From: Vulcanimicrobiota bacterium
GTDB taxonomy: Bacteria; Vulcanimicrobiota; Vulcanimicrobiia; Vulcanimicrobiales; Vulcanimicrobiaceae
DNA length: 64,000 bases
Assembly: GCA_963833095.1 (NCBI GenBank)
Contig: CAWHWQ010000005.1
Span: 1-64,000, forward strand
Reading direction: 5' to 3'
Every line of letters begins with the position of its first letter. Position 1 is the first letter of the stretch. The notes under the pieces were generated by a model. It was not told where the DNA came from. It did no database searches and saw only the letters and a list, made by a program, of their open reading frames with translations. The position numbers were made by a program, and so were the translations under genes. Positions 18,066 to 25,861 of the stretch are shown piece by piece.

Positions 18066-20204
18066 CTAGAGCGCTGCCTCGTCGCCTTTGGTCGTAGCGT
18101 CCGAAGGCGCCGCGCGATGCGCGAAATCTGCCAGCGCGACCGTGACGTGATCGGGTGTTCCCGCATCGATCGCGCGGAGCGCCGCCGCACGGCCGGCCTC
18201 ATCCACAAAGTGCCGCAGCTGCTCCTCGGTCATCCCTGCCGTCCGTGCTTCGAGGTCGTCGAGCGCCGCGGAAAGGTCGAAGGCCAGCGGTTTGCCGTCG
18301 AGCAGCGTATGCAGCGCATCGCGGCGCGCCTGCGGCGTCAATTCGGTCAAATCCACGAATTCGGGGAACCGGCTGCGCAGCTCGGGGTCGATCGTCGCCG
18401 CATCGACCGTCTCGCCGACGATAAAGAGCGGCTCCTTGCGCTCGGAAAGCCGATCGATCGTCACCGCGAGGTGCGCGATCGAGCCGGGATCGCCGTAGGC
18501 CGGGATCTCGACAACCACGATGGCGTGGGCACTCGCGCGCGCCCGCTCCAGCGCTTCGTCGAGCGCGTCGATGTTGGCTGGAATCACCGGCAAGCCGGTC
18601 TGATCCGCCAGGTTTTTGATGGCACTCATGCGCGCGTCGGCCGACGGGCCGGCGATGAGCACCGCCCGCGGCACGGTGATGCCCTGCGACTCCATCGTCG
18701 CCACATGGGCGAACATCGCGGCCAGCATACGCGTGCGCTTTTGCACGGGCTCGGGCAAATCGGAGTCGATTGCATCGGCCGGGATGTTCGCCACCGCCTC
18801 GGCGGCCTCGCTGTCGATCGGCACCGTTGCGGCTTCGGCTCCGAATGTGGGCGGCACGAGATCGACCACGGCACCGAAGCGTGCGATGATGCCCTCGTCG
18901 AGGCCCTCCTGCGACATTGCGCCGGCGATCACCCAGACGTCGTTGCGACCTTCGAGCTCCCCCCACTCGGTCCAAAGTGCTTGCACGACTTCCTTACGCA
19001 TTGCTTCGTACGCGGCTGACCCGGTCGTGGTAAAGAACCGTTCGGCCTCGTCAATAAAGATGATGGAGCGCGCGCGTTTTGCGGTTGCGAAGATGCGCGA
19101 GACCGTTGCGGCGCCTTGACCGACGTACCCGATCTTGATCTGCGAGAACGAAAGATGCAGCAACGTCGCGGCCGCCGCGCGCGAAATCGCCTGCATGACG
19201 TCGGTGAGATCGATGCGCTCGCTGCTCTGGATGAAGAGCCCGCGCCGAATCGCCGGGTCACCCAGCCGGAAGAGAATAACTTGACGGGTCAATTGGTTAC
19301 GAACGGTTGCCGGTAGGGCCAAACTTTTGACGATCGCTGCCGTGCCGTCGTATTCACGCAGCTCTTCTTCCATCCGGCGCACGCGTTCGTCGACGTCCTT
19401 GCGGGCTCCCGAGTGCGAGGCGACCTCGCGAAATTCCGTGGCTTGCGCGGCGACCTGCGGCAAATGGCGCTCGAGCGCGCGCTGGAAAAACACACCGTAC
19501 GACCGGATGAACGGATTTTCGAGATCGGCGTGCACGAGCGTTGGCTTCCGATCCGGAAAACGCGTGAGCAACACGTTACTGCGCCGCTCGTCGATCACTT
19601 CAACGAAGGTTTCGTCCAGCGCTTCTTTCTCTCGCACGCCCGGGATCTTCCACGCGCGATCTTCGAGCACGCCGTCGATCGGACCGTCGTACCCGATTAA
19701 CGGATGATTCAGACCGGGTTCGTATCGCGTGAAGGCGACGAAGCGAACGTCTTTGCCGTCACTGCCTAGATACGATGCGCGCGCCTTCCGAATCGGTGCG
19801 AGGCACTGATCGCGCGCGATGAAGTAGCCGATGAACGCGAGTGCAAGGTAGATCGCGATCGCGAGAAGGAGGCCGCTGGCTTGGAGCGCGTACATGAGGC
19901 CCGCCGCAACGACCACAAATCCGCCAAGGGCAAAAATCTGATAGGGTCCCGTCCACCCCAGCAGCAAGGCTTGATAGATCGTGTCGCGCTCGCGCATGCG
20001 TTGCTGCTGGCCGTAAACGTCGCGCCATGCTGCGCTGACCATCGTGTCGAGCGATGCCCGAATGGCAACAAGCCGCTCCCGGTCGGCGGCAATTTGCCGA
20101 TCGAGATCGTCGCGTTCAGCTCGTACGCGCTCGACGTCGTCCTTGAGCCATTGCTTGGGGTCGACATCGGGCGAGTCGGTCGGGGGCGGGTCGACGACGT
20201 CCAT
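18066..20204 (-). CDS. membrane-anchored tandem AAA+-like protein with degenerate Walker A motifs
   Basis: Coiled coil, two TM helices, pore loop GYVGQG, Walker B IIFIDEAE, C-terminal lid TAGMT..QL...VDEA; no GKT. Confidence 0.75.
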   Translation of the reverse strand: MDVVDPPPTDSPDVDPKQWLKDDVERVRAERDDLDRQIAADRERLVAIRASLDTMVSAAWRDVYGQQQRMRERDTIYQALLLGWTGPYQIFALGGFVVVAAGLMYALQASGLLLAIAIYLALAFIGYFIARDQCLAPIRKARASYLGSDGKDVRFVAFTRYEPGLNHPLIGYDGPIDGVLEDRAWKIPGVREKEALDETFVEVIDERRSNVLLTRFPDRKPTLVHADLENPFIRSYGVFFQRALERHLPQVAAQATEFREVASHSGARKDVDERVRRMEEELREYDGTAAIVKSLALPATVRNQLTRQVILFRLGDPAIRRGLFIQSSERIDLTDVMQAISRAAAATLLHLSFSQIKIGYVGQGAATVSRIFATAKRARSIIFIDEAERFFTTTGSAAYEAMRKEVVQALWTEWGELEGRNDVWVIAGAMSQEGLDEGIIARFGAVVDLVPPTFGAEAATVPIDSEAAEAVANIPADAIDSDLPEPVQKRTRMLAAMFAHVATMESQGITVPRAVLIAGPSADARMSAIKNLADQTGLPVIPANIDALDEALERARASAHAIVVVEIPAYGDPGSIAHLAVTIDRLSERKEPLFIVGETVDAATIDPELRSRFPEFVDLTELTPQARRDALHTLLDGKPLAFDLSAALDDLEARTAGMTEEQLRHFVDEAGRAAALRAIDAGTPDHVTVALADFAHRAAPSDATTKGDEAAL

Positions 20205-20222
20205 AACCAAAGTTATCGGCAG

Positions 20223-21209
20223 TTAGCGCCGACTCAAGCCGGAGAGTTCCGCGGTGATGCGCTCAACCAGCGTGCGGTGATCGTCGGGATCGTTCCCGGC
20301 CGCGCCGGTGACGATCGCTTCGACGCCGTGAACCGCCCGCTCGTAGGCGATGCGGGCGCGGCGTTCGCCGACCCTCCCGGCGATTGGCCGCAGGATGCGC
20401 TCGCGCCACTTGGCTCGTGCCGGAAGCTCGCCGCCGGGGCGCGCCAACTCCCAGAGCAGCCCGCATTCCGTCGCCAGCGCCGAGAGCAGCGGAATGGCCG
20501 CACCGCGCGGATCGTTGGCAAAGAACTCGTGGGCGATGCCCAGCGCTTCGCCGACGTGTCCCTCAACCAGGGCACTGGCGTAGCGGTAGGCCTTGGGATC
20601 CTCGATTGAAAGCGACTCGCCCTCGAGGTCCTTGTAGGTAATTTTCTTGCCGGCGAGCGCAAGTTTTTCGAGGTCGTTGCGGACGCTTGCGAGATCGGCT
20701 TGGCTGCGTGCAAGTTCGCTACGCACACGCGGCTCCGCGCTCGCGCCGAGCGCCGTCAACACTTCGTCGACGAAGCGGGCCCGCGTCTCTTCGTTCGCGC
20801 TCGTATCGATGCGCAGCGCGGCGCGACCGGCCTGTGCGCCGAGTGGTTCCGGACGCTGCGAGCGCGGCGAAAGCAGATCGAGCACGACCAGCGTGTTGCC
20901 GTCGGGAACCGCTTCCATGACTTCGAAGAGATCGCGGCGCGGTTGCGCGCGCAGCGTCTGTGCGTCGCTTACCACGACCACGCGCCGATCGGCAAGAAAC
21001 GGCATCGCCGAAACCGCTTCGCGCGCGCGCCCCGCGTCGTTCCACTCCGATGCCGCGATGCGCTCGAGATTGAGCTCCCGCATGTCCGGCGGTAGCACAC
21101 GGTCCAGAAGAACTTCGAGCGCGCGCTCGGCCAGAGCACGCTCCGTGCCTTCGATGACGACCAGGTTTCCGATCTTTGGCGCCTTATCGATGAATTCGTA
21201 GAATTTCAT
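20223..21209 (-). CDS. holA: DNA polymerase III delta subunit
   Basis: VVIEGTE..LA, LNLE, AMPFLADRRVVVV, NDLEKLAL; 328 aa. Confidence 0.85.
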   Translation of the reverse strand: MKFYEFIDKAPKIGNLVVIEGTERALAERALEVLLDRVLPPDMRELNLERIAASEWNDAGRAREAVSAMPFLADRRVVVVSDAQTLRAQPRRDLFEVMEAVPDGNTLVVLDLLSPRSQRPEPLGAQAGRAALRIDTSANEETRARFVDEVLTALGASAEPRVRSELARSQADLASVRNDLEKLALAGKKITYKDLEGESLSIEDPKAYRYASALVEGHVGEALGIAHEFFANDPRGAAIPLLSALATECGLLWELARPGGELPARAKWRERILRPIAGRVGERRARIAYERAVHGVEAIVTGAAGNDPDDHRTLVERITAELSGLSRR

Positions 21210-21211
21210 TT

Positions 21212-21319
21212 GAAAAGGCCTCGCACGTTGCGCTCGGCCCGGTGCTCCGACTCGCTTTCGGCACTTCGCGCCGAAAACTCATCTGCGCACCCCCGTGCGA
21301 CTATGCGCACGGGCCCCCC
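21212..21319. repeat. multi-hairpin intergenic element (REP-like or ncRNA)
   Basis: Stems CCCGTGCG/CGCACGGG, TTTCGGC/GCCGAAA, GGCC/GGCC. Confidence 0.45.
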
Positions 21320-22341
21320 GTTACAAACGCGCTTGCGTTGGGGCGCAATTCCAGTGCGGGAATCGTTTCGTAGTACGGTGCGCGAATCACGCCGTATTCC
21401 GTCACGAAAGCGGTGACGAGATGTCCGGGCGTGACGTCGAAGGCGGGATTGAAAACCTGCGCGCCGGCCGGCGCGACCACGGTACCGCCAAACGCGGTCA
21501 CTTCGCTTGCGGCACGCTCTTCGATGTAGATCGACGCACCCGATTCGATGCTGAAATCGAACGTCGAGCGCGGCGCGGCGACGTAAAATGGAATTCCATG
21601 GTGCGCCGCTAGAATCGCAAGGCCATACGTGCCGATCTTGTTGGCCGTATCGCCGTTGCGCGCGATGCGATCCGCGCCGACGATCACGAGATCGATGTTC
21701 TTGCGCGCCATCGCGAGCGCGGCCGCACCGTCGACTTGCAGCGTCGCGTCGACGCCGGCCTGCGCCAGCTCGAAATAGGTCAATCGCGCGCCCTGCAAGA
21801 GCGGGCGCGTCTCGTCAACAAACACGTGCGGATGCTTGCCGGCGCGCTGCGCTGCGATGATGACGCCGAGCGCCGTGCCGCCGCCGGCGGTCGCGATCGG
21901 TCCGGTGTTGCAATGCGTGAGGATCCGGCCGTCCTTAGGGATCAGGTCGAGACCCGCGTCGGCAATGGCCGCATCCACGGCGAGCTGCTCGCGATGAATG
22001 GCCTGCGCTTCGGCGCGCATGTCGTCGGAGGCGAGCACACGATCGACCGCCCATGCGAGATTGACGGCCGTCGGGCGCGCATCGCGAATGCGCCGCGCGG
22101 CGGCGTGAAATTCTTCGTCGCTCGTCATCGCATCGCGCAACATCGCGACACCGTACGCTCCGAAAACACCGATCGCCGGAGCGCCGCGCACGGCCAGTGT
22201 CTTGATCGCCTCTTCGATGTCGTCGACCGTGCGTGCGCGTTTGCGCTCGAGCGCATGCGGGATCAGCCTTTGATCGACATAAGTCAACGCCTCGCCGTCG
22301 AATGCGACGGCCGAGAGCTCATCGGGAGCAGGGGTGGCCAT
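21301..22341 (-). CDS. mtnA: S-methyl-5-thioribose-1-phosphate isomerase
   Basis: VRGAPAIG, RPTAVNL, THCNTG, ETRPLLQGARLT, GDTANKIGTY, NPAFDVTP. Confidence 0.95.
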   Translation of the reverse strand: MATPAPDELSAVAFDGEALTYVDQRLIPHALERKRARTVDDIEEAIKTLAVRGAPAIGVFGAYGVAMLRDAMTSDEEFHAAARRIRDARPTAVNLAWAVDRVLASDDMRAEAQAIHREQLAVDAAIADAGLDLIPKDGRILTHCNTGPIATAGGGTALGVIIAAQRAGKHPHVFVDETRPLLQGARLTYFELAQAGVDATLQVDGAAALAMARKNIDLVIVGADRIARNGDTANKIGTYGLAILAAHHGIPFYVAAPRSTFDFSIESGASIYIEERAASEVTAFGGTVVAPAGAQVFNPAFDVTPGHLVTAFVTEYGVIRAPYYETIPALELRPNASAFVTGGPCA

Positions 22342-22370
22342 GGTGGGAATCCTTTCGGGATTCCCAGCCT

Positions 22371-22670
22371 TCAAACCCCGGCCGGAACTTGGGCGGTGTA
22401 ACAGGTGCGGCAGTACACCGGCCGATCGCCGCGTGGGCGGAACGGTACGGTCGTATTGACTCCGCACGAGGCACAAACGGCCTCAAAGCTGGGTCGAGCT
22501 CCAGACGGAGCAGGCACGTGTTCGCCGTTTTGCGTCCTGCGCGCCTGACGGCATTCGCGGCAACGCTGGGGTTGATTCTGAAAACCTTTTTCGGCAAAGA
22601 ACTGCTGCTCGCGAGCGGTAAAGACGAACTGATTCCCACAGTCCTTGCACGTGATCATCTTGTCTTCCAC
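22371..22670 (-). CDS. zinc-ribbon / CxxC-x17-CxxC domain protein
   Basis: CKDC..FVFT..EQ.FF..KGF...P.RC..C and CASC....VPFRP...RPVYCRTC. Confidence 0.9.
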   Translation of the reverse strand: MEDKMITCKDCGNQFVFTAREQQFFAEKGFQNQPQRCRECRQARRTQNGEHVPAPSGARPSFEAVCASCGVNTTVPFRPRGDRPVYCRTCYTAQVPAGV

Positions 22671-22794
22671 AGGGTCGGAGCCTCCGGAGCATTCAACCGT
22701 TAAGGCCAGGTAAAGTGCTACTTTTGTAAGGCGGCTCCCTTCCGTCCCAGGCAGCCAACTGAGCGGTAGGCCCTTTGGCCTGCCCCGGGCCCTT

Positions 22795-23295
22795 CTACGA
22801 GCGGAAACCAGCCCGCGGAAGCTTGGTCGGAATGTTGACTAGGGTCGCTGCAGCCATCGCCGCTTCGTAGCCTTTGTCGCCCCGCGCGGGATCGGCGCGT
22901 TCTTGCGCCTGCGCGAGATTCTCGGTAGTCAGCACCCCAAAACCAATCGGGACCGCCGTCGCGAGCTGCACGTCCATGATCCCGCGCGCGCACTCGCCCG
23001 CGACAAAATCGAAGTGCGGCGTCTCGCCGCGAATCACCACGCCGAGCGCAACGATGCCGTCGTAGCGGTCAGCTTCGATCAACTTGCGGCAGGCCAGCGG
23101 TATTTCGAAACAGCCGGGGACTTCGACGAGCGCGATATCAACGCGCTCGACCCCGCAATCGGCCAGCGCGCGCTGCGCGCCGTCGATCATCCAATCGGTC
23201 AGCTCGCGATAAAAGCGTGCGGCAACGATCGCAAAGCGGCGTCCCGCGCACTGCGGCACGGGTTCGCGCTTGCCGTTACCGTCACGCGGTTTCAC
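22795..23295 (-). CDS. ribH: 6,7-dimethyl-8-ribityllumazine synthase
   Basis: VPGCFEIP, LGVVIRGETPHFD, GFGVLT, KGYEAA. Confidence 0.96.
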   Translation of the reverse strand: MKPRDGNGKREPVPQCAGRRFAIVAARFYRELTDWMIDGAQRALADCGVERVDIALVEVPGCFEIPLACRKLIEADRYDGIVALGVVIRGETPHFDFVAGECARGIMDVQLATAVPIGFGVLTTENLAQAQERADPARGDKGYEAAMAAATLVNIPTKLPRAGFRS

Positions 23296-24701
23296 GACGC
23301 GACGGTTTCGTCGAGCATGTGACCCAACTTCGCGCGCTTGGTGGCCATATAACGCTTGTTGTGTGCGGTCGGCGCGGTCTGCATCGCGACCCGGCCGACG
23401 ATCTTGATCCCATAGCCTTCCAGGCCGAAGATCTTGCGCGGATTGTTGGTGATCAGGCGCAACTCTTTGATACCCAGGTCGGCGAGGATCTGCGAACCGA
23501 TGCCGTAGTCGCGCTTGTCAACGGGCAGGCCTAGCGCGAGGTTGGCCTCGACCGTGTCCGCGCCATGATCTTGCAACTCGTAGGCGCGCAACTTGTTGGC
23601 TAGACCAATACCACGGCCTTCTTGACGCAAATACAGGAAGACACCGCGCCCTTCTTTGGCGATCATTTCCATCGCACCGTCGCGCTGCGCGGCGCAATCG
23701 CAGCGAATCGAGTGCAGTGCATCACCGGTCAAACATTCGGAGTGCACGCGAACGAGGACGTCCTTCCCGCTGCTGATATCGCCCATCACCAGGGCGACGT
23801 GCGTATTTCCGTCGATGGTCGTTTCGTACGCGACGCCCTTCCAGTCTCCGGTGGTGGTCGGCAGGTTGAATTCGGCGACGCGTTTGACAAGTTTTTCGGT
23901 ACGCATACGGTACGCAATGAGATCCTTCACGGTGATGAGCCGAAGATTGTGTCGATCGGCATACACCCGTAACCCGTCGAGACGTTCCATCGTTCCGTCC
24001 TCGGCCATGATTTCGCAGATCACTCCTGCGGGATAGAGTCCGGCCATGCGCGCGAGATCGACCGATGCCTCGGTTTGCCCCGCACGCACCAGGACGCCGC
24101 CCGCTCGCGCGCGCAGCGGAAAGGTGTGACCCGGTCGCAAGAAATCCGCTGGCACGGCGTCGGGGTCGAGCAGCTTCTTGACTGTCGCCGCGCGATCGTG
24201 CGCCGAAATTCCCGTCGTCGTGACACCACGCGCTTCGACCGAAACGGTGAACGCCGTTTCGTGCACGGCGGTATTGTCGCGAACCATTTGCGGAATCTGC
24301 AAATCGTCCAAGCGCGATCCCAGCAGCGGAACGCAAATCAATCCGCCGGCTTCTTTGCGCATGAAGTTGATCGCGTCGGGCGTGATCTTCTCCGCGGCCA
24401 TCACCAGATCGCCTTCGTTTTCGCGATCCTCGTCATCGAGTACGACCACCATTTTGCCGGCGCGAATATCCTCGAGCGCATCCGGGATCGTATCGAAGGG
24501 CGAAGCGCGTTCGGCGGGCGCGGGAGCCAACTCGGGCAGCACGGCGGTCAAGCGCTGCAAGGTCCGGTAGGACGGCTCACGGCGTCCGGCCCGCAAAAGG
24601 GACACCGCCGACTCGGTTACTCCCGCCTTGAGCGCAAGCTCGGAGGCCGAGAGACCGGCGGCCTCAAGTGCGGCGTTGAGGTTCGCGGCAAATTCGCTCA
24701 T
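23292..24701 (-). CDS. ribBA: XRE-type HTH fused to bifunctional DHBP synthase / GTP cyclohydrolase II
   Basis: N-terminal LSASELALKAGVTESAVSLLRAGRREPS; RibB DDEDRENEGD, TTGISAHDR, RPGH; RibA RVHSEC, RCDC, QEGRGIG, TNNPRK. Confidence 0.93.
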   Translation of the reverse strand: MSEFAANLNAALEAAGLSASELALKAGVTESAVSLLRAGRREPSYRTLQRLTAVLPELAPAPAERASPFDTIPDALEDIRAGKMVVVLDDEDRENEGDLVMAAEKITPDAINFMRKEAGGLICVPLLGSRLDDLQIPQMVRDNTAVHETAFTVSVEARGVTTTGISAHDRAATVKKLLDPDAVPADFLRPGHTFPLRARAGGVLVRAGQTEASVDLARMAGLYPAGVICEIMAEDGTMERLDGLRVYADRHNLRLITVKDLIAYRMRTEKLVKRVAEFNLPTTTGDWKGVAYETTIDGNTHVALVMGDISSGKDVLVRVHSECLTGDALHSIRCDCAAQRDGAMEMIAKEGRGVFLYLRQEGRGIGLANKLRAYELQDHGADTVEANLALGLPVDKRDYGIGSQILADLGIKELRLITNNPRKIFGLEGYGIKIVGRVAMQTAPTAHNKRYMATKRAKLGHMLDETVAS

Positions 24702-24710
24702 AGGACCTCA

Positions 24711-24740
24711 ACCCTATGCCCGGACTTGACAAATGTCAAG
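24711..24740 (-). promoter_or_regulatory. sigma70 promoter of HTH-ribBA overlapped by a palindromic operator
   Basis: TTGACA (24739-24734), 17 nt, TAGGGT (24716-24711); palindrome CTTGACA-AA-TGTCAAG (24725-24740). Confidence 0.75.
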
Positions 24741-24859
24741 ATGATATATCTGACTCGGCTTTGCACATTAAGGGCGACTTGCCCAATAAATCGGCGACCT
24801 GCCCATAAAGTGACCAAGCGGGTTCAGTATTGGGTCCTTTGCCATGCTAAGCTTCTCGC

Positions 24860-25096
24860 ATGGAAGAATTTCGTTTTGAGGTTGAGGCCAGCGGCGGATC
24901 GTTCTCCGCCCCCACGGGCGGGCCGCACCGCGTTTTCGAAAGCGTGGGCAAATTGGTATTCATCTTTCGGGCCCCGCACAATCATAGGCGCGCAGAATAC
25001 ATAGCAACGACCGGGCAACTATGCGACGACGGGCCCGGTGTCGTTTGGGTGCGCGCTAACCGAAAGAGGCTGGTCCGACTTTTCTCTCCAGAGTAG
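24860..25096 (+). CDS. small hypothetical passenger protein
   Basis: 78 aa; extended -10 TG-C-TAAGCT 6 nt before the ATG (leaderless pattern). Confidence 0.5.
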   Translation: MEEFRFEVEASGGSFSAPTGGPHRVFESVGKLVFIFRAPHNHRRAEYIATTGQLCDDGPGVVWVRANRKRLVRLFSPE

Positions 25097-25124
25097 CTCG
25101 CAACATCAAACGGGCACGCTATCG

Positions 25125-25328
25125 TTAGTTCCGCTTGCGCTTCACTAAAGGCAGATCATCCATGCTGCCAAACACCCCGATGAACGTCAGCCCTTGAAGC
25201 GGCAACGCGATAAGTCCGCCTAGCCACTCATTGTCAGTCCACTGCCATACGAAGAAGCCCAGCACGCCGAAACCCAGCCCCGCGAGGATGAAGCATAATC
25301 GCAAAGCGACGTTAGCTGCAAGCCTCAC
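25125..25328 (-). CDS. small two-TM membrane passenger protein
   Basis: 67 aa with two hydrophobic helices and a basic tail; GAGGA SD before GTG. Confidence 0.55.
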   Translation of the reverse strand: MRLAANVALRLCFILAGLGFGVLGFFVWQWTDNEWLGGLIALPLQGLTFIGVFGSMDDLPLVKRKRN

Positions 25329-25861
25329 TGTTCGTCCTCATTGTCAGGCGGAGACAATGCCAATTCGATCTGCTCGCCCTGTTGCGGAAATGCTGCGCGG
25401 AAAAGGCGCATGAATTCGTCTTTGTCGCGCGCCGCATCCCGACCCCTTCGCGCCGGGAGCTTGGCTGCCTCGGCTGGCTGCCCATAAAAGACCGGGTCTG
25501 CCTATTAAAGAAGCCTCGATCATGAGTTTATGGGCAAAGCCATCTGACTCGGCTTTGCCCACAAAGGCGCGGTGCGCCGTGATTTAGTGGGCAGCACGCC
25601 GGTTTTATGGGCAGCGGCTACCTGGGGCGCTTTCGTGTCCCGCCGCAGTCTGGAGGGCAGATGCAATGTTGAGTAACCAAAAATGCGGCAACCAGGTGAG
25701 AACCGCGGTGAAGCACCTGATTGTTCTTATACGACATCCACCCGCCTTTTTGTCGTCTCAGGCCAGTTCGTAGGTCGCTGCGAAGCTGCCGGGATGTATG
25801 CATCCTCGCCGACTTCGTGTTCGAGGCCTTGAGCTGCCAACTGCTGTGGCCAACCCGACGC

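Larger units (their letters stand above)
24757..25541. mobile_element. non-autonomous mobile cassette with inverted ends and 9-bp flanking direct repeats
   Basis: Ends GGCTTTGCACATTAA and TTTATGGGCAAAGCC; ATCTGACTC at 24748-24756 and 25542-25550; internal TGCCCATAAA-like repeats; no transposase. Confidence 0.75.

Noticed and set aside
24702..24860. FMN riboswitch upstream of ribBA
   Set aside because: No RFN consensus visible, and the predicted leader is only a few nucleotides
24757..25615. TGCCCATAAA repeats as a CRISPR array or iterons
   Set aside because: Repeats are about 11 bp, in mixed orientation, with short spacers; no cas or rep gene nearby
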